Below, piece after piece: positions 13,882-21,607 of a stretch of 24,000 nt of DNA. How positions within the stretch are numbered: position 1 is the first letter of the stretch; every line of letters begins with the position of its first letter. The notes below the pieces were generated by a model. The model was not told the DNA's origin. It did no database searches and was given only the letters and a program-made list of their open reading frames with translations. A program made the translations under genes and the position numbers. The stretch is from Christensenellaceae bacterium (lineage in GTDB: Bacteria; Bacillota; Clostridia; Christensenellales; Borkfalkiaceae), in assembly GCA_045613025.1 (NCBI GenBank), contig JAZLAE010000013.1, positions 38,486 through 62,485 on the forward strand, given 5' to 3'.

Positions 13882-14041
13882 GGCTCTGTCACAATAAACG
13901 GTTAATAAATAGCAAATGAAATACTGCGTAATACGTTGTTAAAGCCCTTGAAAAGATGTATACTCTTATCTACGGGCTTTGCCTAGTCTTACTTGCATTT
14001 GCTTTGCTATTTTAAAATCAACCTAATATTGTGACATCGCC
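13882..14041. repeat. Nested long palindrome enclosing a diverged copy (G) of the intergenic repeat
   Basis: Outer arms GGCTCTGTCACAATA (13882-13896)/TATTGTGACATCGCC (14027-14041), with a perfect 10-bp core. Middle arms AGCAAATG (13911-13918)/CATTTGCT (13996-14003). Inner arms AAAGCCC (13941-13947)/GGGCTTT (13974-13980). AATACTGCGT and GGGCTTTGCCTAGTCTTACTTG resemble copy B/C flanks. Confidence 0.65.
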
Positions 14042-14055
14042 ATAGGAAAATTATT

Positions 14056-14862
14056 ATGATAAATGGAAAATACTACGCGATAGACGCGCATTGCCATATC
14101 TATCCCGAAAAAATCGCCAAACTTGCCGTTGACCATACAGATAATTTTTATAGCGAACACTCATATAACAAAGGCACGCTTGAAGATTTAATTTCGGCAA
14201 GTGATATCGCGGGTGTTGATAAATGTATTATTCAATCGGTGGCAACAACGCCTAAACAAGTTCAAAGCATAAACAAATTTATTAGCGATAGCGTGCAAGC
14301 GCACGGGGATAGATTTGTTGGCTTAGGCACTATCCATCCACGCTCTTTAGATATTGAAGGGGATATAGAACATTTAATAGAACTTGGCTTAAAGGGTATA
14401 AAAATCCACCCTGATATTCAAAACTTCAAGGTGGACGACGACGGCTATAAACAAGCGTATAAAATTTGCGAAAAGAAAGGCTTACCCGTTTTAATGCACA
14501 CGGGGGATAATAGATACGATAATTCTAATCCAAATAGAATTATACCTATATTAAATGAGTTTAAAAATTTAATGGTAGTAGGCGCACACTTTGGCGGTTG
14601 GTCTATTTGGGAAGAAGCAAGTGAAAAGTATAAAAACTACGATAACTTTTTCGTGGATACTTCTTCAAGTTTACACTACATCGATTTAGATACGGCTAAA
14701 ATGATAGTTGATAACTACGGCGTTGATAAACTTATGTTTGCAACAGATTACCCTATGTGGAACGCAAAAGACGAAATCGAAACCATTTTAAAACTTAACT
14801 TAACTGAAGACGATTACATTAAAATCTTTTCTAAAAACGCCGAAAAGGTGTACAAAATATAA
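14056..14862 (+). CDS. Amidohydrolase-2 family TIM-barrel metal-dependent hydrolase
   Basis: N-terminal HxH (IDAHCHIYPE), later His/Asp ligand candidates (KIHPD, LMHTGD, GAHFGG, FATDYP). AGGA RBS. 268 aa. Confidence 0.75.
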   Translation: MINGKYYAIDAHCHIYPEKIAKLAVDHTDNFYSEHSYNKGTLEDLISASDIAGVDKCIIQSVATTPKQVQSINKFISDSVQAHGDRFVGLGTIHPRSLDIEGDIEHLIELGLKGIKIHPDIQNFKVDDDGYKQAYKICEKKGLPVLMHTGDNRYDNSNPNRIIPILNEFKNLMVVGAHFGGWSIWEEASEKYKNYDNFFVDTSSSLHYIDLDTAKMIVDNYGVDKLMFATDYPMWNAKDEIETILKLNLTEDDYIKIFSKNAEKVYKI

Positions 14863-14863
14863 T

Positions 14864-14895
14864 AAAAATGCTTGACAATCCGTCAAGCATTTTTT
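14864..14895. terminator. Bidirectional intrinsic terminator between convergent genes
   Basis: Perfect 13-bp arms AAAAATGCTTGAC/GTCAAGCATTTTT with the loop AATCC. This gives a U-tract on both strands. It sits between the stops at 14862 (+) and 14897 (-). Confidence 0.85.
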
Positions 14896-14896
14896 G

Positions 14897-16084
14897 TTAG
14901 ATTAAGTTAAATTCTTTAGCAAGTAACAAAAACGCGTCTTTGCTATTTACCGCAGTTTTTTTATCAACGCAAGTAGCAAGCCTTAAATATCCTTTTACGC
15001 CAAAACTATCTGACGGAACTAATAAAAGCCCGTATTTTTTAGCGTGGTTGCTAAATTCAACCGCGTCTGAAATAGGCGATTTAATAAATAAATAGAACGC
15101 GCCTTTAGGGTTAACACAAATAAAGTTAAGGTCTGTTAGCGTTTTAATTAAAATATCGCGGTTATCTTTATAAGGGTTAGGGTTAGAAACCTTATCCGCG
15201 TGTTTAGCAAGCACCTTTTGGAAAAGTGATGGCGCACACACGTAACCAAGCGCTCTACCCGCGCCCATAACGGTAATGTAAAGGTCGCTTGCATTTTCGC
15301 ATTTAGGCGAAACGGCAATATAACCTATTCTTTCACCAGGGAGAGATAACGCTTTACTGTACGAATAGCAAATAATAGTGTTATTATAAAAACTTGGAAT
15401 ATACGGACAAGTTGCACCGTCAAATAAAATTTCCCTATAAGGTTCATCGGCTATAATATATATAGGATAGCCGTATTCCTTTTGCTTATCGTCAAGAATT
15501 TTAGAAATAGCCTTGATAGTTTCTTCATCGTAAACAGTACCCGCTGGGTTATTAGGGCTATTTATTATAACACCCCTTGTTTTATTCGTGATAGATTTTT
15601 CAAATTCTTCTAAATTGATAGAAAAGTTAACTTCATCGCAAGTAACGTATTTAAACACCCCGCCCGACGTTTCAGTAAACACCCTATATTCAGGGAAGAA
15701 AGGTGCTACCCCCAAAATTTCTTCATCGGCTTCAGATAAAATTGAAGATAAAACTATCTTTAACGCGGCAGCAGCACCGCAAGTCATATAAATTAAGTTT
15801 TCGTTTAAACTAAAGCCGTATTTTTGCTTGTTGTAATCGGCTATTGCCTTTCTTGTTTGTAAATCGCCATTAGCCGAAGTATAAGCGTGTGCAGACGGGT
15901 CGTTAGCGATAAGCCACGTTGCATATTCATCAACTTCCTTAGGGCAAGGAACGCTTGGGTTGCCAATGGTGAAATCGTAAACTTTATCTTCGCCGATTTC
16001 TTGCTTTAATTGTTTGCCGTATTCAAATAATTCACGGATAACAGAGCGTTGCGCACCAAGACCGTACATTTTTTTATTTAACAT
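14897..16084 (-). CDS. Class I/II PLP-dependent aminotransferase (Asp/aromatic/Ala aminotransferase-like)
   Basis: 395 aa. Motifs NPSVP, INSPNNPAGTVY and YSYSKALSLPGERIGY (PLP lysine context). AGGAGAC RBS on the minus strand. Confidence 0.8.
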   Translation of the reverse strand: MLNKKMYGLGAQRSVIRELFEYGKQLKQEIGEDKVYDFTIGNPSVPCPKEVDEYATWLIANDPSAHAYTSANGDLQTRKAIADYNKQKYGFSLNENLIYMTCGAAAALKIVLSSILSEADEEILGVAPFFPEYRVFTETSGGVFKYVTCDEVNFSINLEEFEKSITNKTRGVIINSPNNPAGTVYDEETIKAISKILDDKQKEYGYPIYIIADEPYREILFDGATCPYIPSFYNNTIICYSYSKALSLPGERIGYIAVSPKCENASDLYITVMGAGRALGYVCAPSLFQKVLAKHADKVSNPNPYKDNRDILIKTLTDLNFICVNPKGAFYLFIKSPISDAVEFSNHAKKYGLLLVPSDSFGVKGYLRLATCVDKKTAVNSKDAFLLLAKEFNLI

Positions 16085-16111
16085 AAACGTGTCTCCTAAT
16101 AACTATAATAA

Positions 16112-16140
16112 ATGATATCATAAACGCTAAAAAAATTCAA
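16112..16140 (-). promoter_or_regulatory. Candidate sigma-A promoter for the aminotransferase gene
   Basis: On the minus strand: TTGAAT (16140-16135), 17-nt spacer, TATCAT (16117-16112). Confidence 0.5.
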
Positions 16141-16169
16141 TAAAATACGTGATTATTTTAAAAAAACAA

Positions 16170-16198
16170 TTGACTTTTAAAAAAAATAGGAATATACT
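16170..16198 (+). promoter_or_regulatory. Sigma-A type promoter of the aro operon leader
   Basis: TTGACT (16170-16175), 17-nt spacer, TATACT (16193-16198). Confidence 0.65.
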
Positions 16199-16220
16199 CT
16201 TTGCTATAAGGAACAAGATT

Positions 16221-16280
16221 ATGAAAAAATTTGCTAACACTTATTATTTTGCATATTACTTTTTTAGACCTGATTTTTAA
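16221..16280 (+). CDS. Candidate leader peptide MKKFANTYYFAYYFFRPDF (Phe/Tyr-rich) of an attenuator
   Basis: AAGGA (16208-16212) lies 8 nt before the ATG. There are 19 codons, 9 of them Phe or Tyr, concentrated in codons 8-15. It lies between the promoter and a terminator, upstream of a Phe/Tyr biosynthesis operon. It is not in the supplied ORF track because it is too short. Confidence 0.6.
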   Translation: MKKFANTYYFAYYFFRPDF

Positions 16281-16342
16281 TATCGGTTATTTTTGCGTTC
16301 TTTAAATTTTTTAAAAAAAGTTATAAAAGATGTATTTTAAAT

Positions 16343-16370
16343 GACCGAATTTCAAGTTCGGTCTTTTTTT
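16343..16370 (+). terminator. Intrinsic terminator (attenuator segments 3:4) upstream of aroF
   Basis: GACCGAA (16343-16349), loop, TTCGGTC (16357-16363), TTTTTTT (16364-16370). It lies 70 nt upstream of the aroF start, so it is a leader terminator. Confidence 0.8.
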
Positions 16371-16439
16371 ATTTTAAATTATTTTTATAGATATTAAAAA
16401 AAATCAATATATTACTATACTACTTAAGGAGAATATGTT

Positions 16440-17456
16440 ATGATTATAGTAGTTAAACAACAACACGAAGAGAAACAACTTGATAATTTAATCAAATGGA
16501 TTAAAAACTTGGGTTTAGAGGTCGATTTAAGCCGTGGTTCGCACTCAACCATATTAGGTTTAATTGGCGATACAAGTAAGGTGGATATCGACCTTATCCG
16601 TTCGCTTGATATCGTTGAAAACGTTAAGCGTATTCAAGAACCCTTTAAATGTGCTAATCGTAAATTCCATCCAGACGATACTATCGTGGAAGTTGGCGAC
16701 GCTAAGTTTGGTGGAGACAATTTCTCTATCATAGCAGGGCCTTGTTCGATTGAAACTGAAAGCCAAATCATAGAAGTTGCTTGGGCTGTAAAAAATGCAG
16801 GCGCTAAAGTGCTTCGCGGTGGCGCGTTTAAACCAAGAACTTCGCCGTACTCTTTCCAAGGTTTAAAAAGTAAGGGTTTAGACCTTTTACTTAAAGCCAA
16901 ACAAGAAACGGGTATGCCTATCGTTACCGAAATTATGAGTTCATCTCACCTTGATTTGTTTAGTGACGTTGATATCATCCAAATCGGCGCAAGAAATATG
17001 CAAAACTTCGAACTTTTAAAAGAAGTAGGCAAAACTAAAAAACCTGTTCTTTTAAAACGTGGTCTTTGCAGTACTATTGAAGAATGGCTTATGAGTGCCG
17101 AATACTTAATGAGCGAAGGTACTAAAGATATTATCTTATGCGAACGCGGTATTCGTACTTTTGAAACGTATACAAGAAACACTTTAGATTTATCCGCTAT
17201 CCCGCTTATAAAAGAGTTAACGCATTTACCCGTTGTAGTAGACCCGTCGCACGCGTCTGGTCTTTCAAGGCTTGTAAAACCGTTATCGCTTGCATCGGTT
17301 GGCTCTGGTGCAGACGGACTTATGATAGAAGTGCACAACAATCCGCAATGCGCACTTTGTGACGGCGCGCAATCACTTAAACCCGATGAGTTTAGCGACG
17401 TGGTTAAAAAAGTTAACGTGATGTTGCCACTTTGCAACAAGAAAGAGATATTATGA
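16440..17456 (+). CDS. aroF: 3-deoxy-7-phosphoheptulonate (DAHP) synthase, type I-beta, with an N-terminal ferredoxin-like regulatory domain
   Basis: 338 aa. About 75 N-terminal residues (IIVVKQQHEE...LGLIGDTS...) precede the catalytic barrel (IIAGPCSIE, LRGGAFKPRTSPYSFQG, KRG, VDPSH). AAGGAGA RBS. Confidence 0.88.
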   Translation: MIIVVKQQHEEKQLDNLIKWIKNLGLEVDLSRGSHSTILGLIGDTSKVDIDLIRSLDIVENVKRIQEPFKCANRKFHPDDTIVEVGDAKFGGDNFSIIAGPCSIETESQIIEVAWAVKNAGAKVLRGGAFKPRTSPYSFQGLKSKGLDLLLKAKQETGMPIVTEIMSSSHLDLFSDVDIIQIGARNMQNFELLKEVGKTKKPVLLKRGLCSTIEEWLMSAEYLMSEGTKDIILCERGIRTFETYTRNTLDLSAIPLIKELTHLPVVVDPSHASGLSRLVKPLSLASVGSGADGLMIEVHNNPQCALCDGAQSLKPDEFSDVVKKVNVMLPLCNKKEIL

Positions 17457-18310
17457 ATATAGGTTTAATAGGTCTTGGACTTATCGGTGGTTCTTTTGGT
17501 AGAACTTTAATTAAAAAAACAAACCATAAAATTTACGGTTACGACATAAGTGAAACAGTTATGTTAAAGGCGGAAATGCTTAACGCTTTTAACGAAAAAT
17601 TAACGATTGATAACGCTAAAGATTTAGATATGCTTATTATTTCCGTTTACCCTGATTATTTTGAAGACGCGGTAAAAAAATTCTTACCACATCTTAAAAA
17701 AGGGACTATCGTTACCGATTTTTCGGGCGTGAAAGGAATTATTATTGATAAGATGAAAAATTATCAAAAACAGTTCCCTGACCTAATTTTTATAGGTGGT
17801 CACCCTATGGCGGGTAGGGAATTTTCGGGTATAGAACACTCTATAACCACGTTATTTGATAAAGCGTTTATGATTTTAGTTCCGATAAACGCGGATATCT
17901 TTACCCTTAGCGAAATCAAAAATTTCTATAAGGAACTTGGCTTTTTAGACGTAGTTATAACTACCGCTGAAAATCACGATGAAATGATAGCGTACACTTC
18001 GCAACTTTGCCATATAGTATCAAACGCCTTTATAAAAAACGAAACGGCAGAAAAACACCTTGGCTATTCTGCAGGAAGTTATAAAGACTTAACAAGGGTT
18101 GCAAGGCTTAATAGTGAAATGTGGTCTGGGCTTATGATGGCAAATAAGGCTAAACTTAAAAAAGAACTTGATGAGTTTATTTTAAACTTGCAAAAATATT
18201 CAACCGCCCTTGAAAATGGCAGTAGGGAAGAATTAGAACTTTTGCTTAAAGAAGGCAATGATAGAAAACTTTCAATCGACGTAAGGAGTAGTAAAAACAA
18301 TGGAAATTAA
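17453..18310 (+). CDS. tyrA: Prephenate dehydrogenase
   Basis: MNIGLIGLGLIGGSFG Rossmann motif at the N-terminus, and GGHPMAG. ATG 17453 overlaps the aroF stop (ATGA). The TTG at 17432 in the ORF track is rejected. Confidence 0.85.
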   Translation: MNIGLIGLGLIGGSFGRTLIKKTNHKIYGYDISETVMLKAEMLNAFNEKLTIDNAKDLDMLIISVYPDYFEDAVKKFLPHLKKGTIVTDFSGVKGIIIDKMKNYQKQFPDLIFIGGHPMAGREFSGIEHSITTLFDKAFMILVPINADIFTLSEIKNFYKELGFLDVVITTAENHDEMIAYTSQLCHIVSNAFIKNETAEKHLGYSAGSYKDLTRVARLNSEMWSGLMMANKAKLKKELDEFILNLQKYSTALENGSREELELLLKEGNDRKLSIDVRSSKNNGN

Positions 18311-19316
18311 AGTTAGCGCGTCAAAAGATTATTCAGTTATAATCAATGATAATTTAACTAAATTAAAATCTTACGCACAAAAGGTAATTAACGGTGATAA
18401 ACTTGCTATAATTACCGATAAAACGGTAGGCGAACTTTACGCTTTAAAAGTAAAGGAAATATTTAGCGATTATTCCGTTTACGTGTATACGATTGACGGC
18501 GGTGAAGACGGTAAAAGTTTACAAAACTATTTTGAACTTTTACAGTTTTTAGCGGATAACGGGTTTAAGCGTAACGATACCGTTGTTGCTTTAGGCGGTG
18601 GCGTTATAGGTGACTTAGCGGGATTTACCGCTTCAACTTATATGCGCGGTATCAATTTAATAATGATACCAACCACTCTTCTTAGTATGGTTGATTCTTC
18701 GGTTGGTGGCAAAACCGCCGTTAACTTGCCAAACGGCAAAAATTTAGTAGGCAGTTTTTATCAACCGTCGCTTGTATACGTTTCTACTGAATTTTTAAAC
18801 ACCTTGTCAAGCCGTGAAATTTTAAGTGGTATGGGCGAAATTATTAAATATTCGTTTATCGGTAGTGGGCTTACCCTTAACGATATAAAAGACGGCGTAA
18901 ATGCAAGTTTAATTTATAAATGTATAGATATTAAGCGCCAAATTGTTGAAAACGATGAAAAAGAAAGTGGAGAGCGTAAACTTTTAAACTTAGGCCACAC
19001 CGTTGGTCACGCAATTGAAAAAATAGAAAATTATAACCTTTCGCACGGGGAGTGCGTTTTAAAAGGGCTTTACTATTCGCTTGAAATATCTAAAAAATTA
19101 GGGGTGTTAAATAATACTAATTATTTAAAAAGCCTTGAAATTATTACGGCAAGCGGTTATAATAGTTTTAATTTATATAAAAAGCAAGAACTTATTAAAT
19201 ACATTACCCTTGACAAAAAGGGAATTAAAGATAGCGTTGACTTTATCGTTATAGACGATACCTTAAAAGCCAAAGTAAAAAGAATTAATATAGATAACTT
19301 AACGGAATTACTTTAA
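18300..19316 (+). CDS. aroB: 3-dehydroquinate synthase
   Basis: GGGVIGDLAGFTASTYMRGI, VDSSVGGKTAVN, LNLGHTVGHAIE. It overlaps the tyrA end by 11 nt. Confidence 0.9.
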   Translation: MEIKVSASKDYSVIINDNLTKLKSYAQKVINGDKLAIITDKTVGELYALKVKEIFSDYSVYVYTIDGGEDGKSLQNYFELLQFLADNGFKRNDTVVALGGGVIGDLAGFTASTYMRGINLIMIPTTLLSMVDSSVGGKTAVNLPNGKNLVGSFYQPSLVYVSTEFLNTLSSREILSGMGEIIKYSFIGSGLTLNDIKDGVNASLIYKCIDIKRQIVENDEKESGERKLLNLGHTVGHAIEKIENYNLSHGECVLKGLYYSLEISKKLGVLNNTNYLKSLEIITASGYNSFNLYKKQELIKYITLDKKGIKDSVDFIVIDDTLKAKVKRINIDNLTELL

Positions 19317-19317
19317 A

Positions 19318-20559
19318 ATGGATATTAAAATTACACCTTCAAACGTTAGCGGAGTGGTGTGTGCACCGCCCTCTAAATCATACGCGCACAGATATATAAT
19401 TGCATCGTTTTTATCTAAAACGGCGGGTTTTATATCTAACGTAGAGCCGTCAAACGACGTGCTTGCTACTTTAAACGCGCTTAAAAATTTAGGGCTTAAC
19501 TATTCGTTTGAAAGGGGTGGTTTATCTTTAAGTTATGTTGTAGCCTTAAAAAACCCGATTATTGATTGCAATGAAAGCGGTTCAACTTTAAGGTTTTTAA
19601 TACCTATCGTATCAGCACTTGGCGTTTTAAGTGAATTCACTGGTAGTAAAAGGCTTTTAGAAAGACCTATTAAAGATTTAACCGACTGTTTAAATAATAA
19701 CGGGGCGGAAATTAGCGGGCTTAAGTTAAACGGCAAACTAAAAAGCGGAAAGTTTAAAATAAACGGTGGCGTTAGTTCACAGTTTATTACAGGTTTACTT
19801 TTTGCTTTGCCACTTTTAAACGGGGATAGCGTTATTGAAATAATAGGCGAAACGGTTAGCCAAAACTATATTGATATTACCCTTGACGTGTTAAACGATT
19901 TTGGCGTAGTAATAGCAAAAACGGATAACGGCTACTTCGTTAAAGGAAATCAAACGTACAAAATGCCAAGTCAAATGGCGGTAGAAGGTGATTACTCTAA
20001 CTCAGCATTCTTACTTGCTTTAGGCGTTTTAGGTAGTGGTGTTACCGTTTTAAATTTAAATAAAAATTCTAAGCAAGGCGATAGAAAGATAATTGATATT
20101 TTGAAAGACTTTGGTGGAATTATAACCGAAGTAGATAACGGCTATTTTGCTAAAAAAGGTCAACTTAAAGGTACTGTGGTTGATTGTGAAGATATACCCG
20201 ATATAGTTCAAATTTTATCGGTTGTGGCTTCTTATTCTAATGGCGTAAGCCTATTTAAAAATGTAAACCGCCTTGAAATTAAAGAGAGTAACCGCGTTTT
20301 AGGTATTGTAAACAATCTTAAAAATGCGGGCATTAAAGCCGAATATAACGGCAAAGACTTAACCATTTACGGCGGAACGGTAAAAAACGGCACGTTTAAT
20401 GGCGATAACGACCATAGAACTGTAATGGCTATGGCGGTGTTGTCGGCGTTTAATAATGGCGAAAGCACTATTAAAGGCGTTGAAGCGGTAAACAAATCAT
20501 ACCCAACGTTCTTTAAAGATTTTAGTAATTTAGGGGGAGTAACAAATGGCGATATTTAA
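19318..20559 (+). CDS. aroA: 3-phosphoshikimate 1-carboxyvinyltransferase (EPSP synthase)
   Basis: 413 aa. PPSKSYAHRYII, ESGSTLRFL, LERPI, DHRTVMAMAV. Confidence 0.9.
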   Translation: MDIKITPSNVSGVVCAPPSKSYAHRYIIASFLSKTAGFISNVEPSNDVLATLNALKNLGLNYSFERGGLSLSYVVALKNPIIDCNESGSTLRFLIPIVSALGVLSEFTGSKRLLERPIKDLTDCLNNNGAEISGLKLNGKLKSGKFKINGGVSSQFITGLLFALPLLNGDSVIEIIGETVSQNYIDITLDVLNDFGVVIAKTDNGYFVKGNQTYKMPSQMAVEGDYSNSAFLLALGVLGSGVTVLNLNKNSKQGDRKIIDILKDFGGIITEVDNGYFAKKGQLKGTVVDCEDIPDIVQILSVVASYSNGVSLFKNVNRLEIKESNRVLGIVNNLKNAGIKAEYNGKDLTIYGGTVKNGTFNGDNDHRTVMAMAVLSAFNNGESTIKGVEAVNKSYPTFFKDFSNLGGVTNGDI

Positions 20560-21607
20560 CGGTAAAAACTTAAATATAGAAATTTACGGCGAATCACATG
20601 CGGAAGAAATCGGCGTAAAAGTTAAAGGTCTTCCTAAATTTAATTACGATTTAACAAAACTTAAAGACTTTTTAGATAGGCGCAAACCGTCTAAAAGTGT
20701 GTTTTCTACTTCAAGAAAGGAAGAAGATAGCCCAGTTATTAGCATAGATAATAATTTAGGCGTTTTAACTGCCGAAATTAAAAATACTAACAAAAAAAGC
20801 GGAGATTACGCTAATTTATATGGTAAACCAAGACCATCGCACGCGGATTATAGCAGTTTTTTAAAGGACGGTACTTTAGATTATTCGGGCGGTGGCAGAT
20901 TTTCAGGTAGGCTTACAGCCCCACTTTGTATTGTTGGTGGCGTGTTAAAGCAATACCTTAAAAGTTTAGGTATAGAAGTTCACGCTTACGTTTCAAGTGT
21001 TGGCGAAATCAATGCTAAATCATACTTAGATGGCGAAATTTATAGCGAAGATATATTAAACAATCGCGAAAATGGTGGTTTTCCGTCACTTGATAAAAAG
21101 GATGAAATTTTAAATTTGATTTCTAACGTTAAAAAGGACGGCGATAGCGTAGGCGGTGTAATTGAGTGTATCGTTTACGGTATGAAAACTGGTGTTGGCG
21201 ATAATCTTTTTGAAGGGTTAGAAGGAAAAATTGCATCGCTTGTGTATTCTGTGCCTGCGGTTAAGGGCGTAGAGTTTGGCGGTGGTTTTAGCCTTTCTAA
21301 AAAAACTGGTAGCATTGCAAACGATAGTTTGCATTATAACGGCGAAACAGTTAACTTTAAAACGAATAATTCAGGCGGAATAAACGGTGGGATTTCAAAC
21401 GGCGCACAAATAACTTTAAGGGTTGCCGTTAAACCTACTCCGTCGATTTCAAAAGAACAAGAAACGGTTGACTTAGTAAATAAGCAAAGCTGTAAAATTA
21501 AAATTTCAGGTAGGCACGACGCTTGTATTGTTCCAAGGGCTGTGCCTTGTATAGAAAGTGCGGTAATGATTGCTATTACCGATGAGTTGATAGGAGAGTT
21601 TTTATGA
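20546..21607 (+). CDS. aroC: Chorismate synthase
   Basis: 353 aa. YGESHAEEIG, RPSHADY, GGGRFSGR, GGISNG, GRHDACIVPRA. Confidence 0.9.
   Translation: MAIFNGKNLNIEIYGESHAEEIGVKVKGLPKFNYDLTKLKDFLDRRKPSKSVFSTSRKEEDSPVISIDNNLGVLTAEIKNTNKKSGDYANLYGKPRPSHADYSSFLKDGTLDYSGGGRFSGRLTAPLCIVGGVLKQYLKSLGIEVHAYVSSVGEINAKSYLDGEIYSEDILNNRENGGFPSLDKKDEILNLISNVKKDGDSVGGVIECIVYGMKTGVGDNLFEGLEGKIASLVYSVPAVKGVEFGGGFSLSKKTGSIANDSLHYNGETVNFKTNNSGGINGGISNGAQITLRVAVKPTPSISKEQETVDLVNKQSCKIKISGRHDACIVPRAVPCIESAVMIAITDELIGEFL

Noticed and set aside
16946-17440. Long antisense or alternative-frame ORFs inside genes, for example 16946..17440 (-), 3219..3710 (+), 3203..3544 (-), 17..436 (-), 12586..12879 (-).
   Set aside because: They lie wholly within well-supported genes, give low-complexity translations with no recognisable motifs and have no RBS. 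They are typical shadow ORFs.
17432-17452. TTG start at 17432 for tyrA.
   Set aside because: ATG 17453 starts directly at the Rossmann motif MNIGLIGLG and forms an ATGA overlap with the aroF stop.
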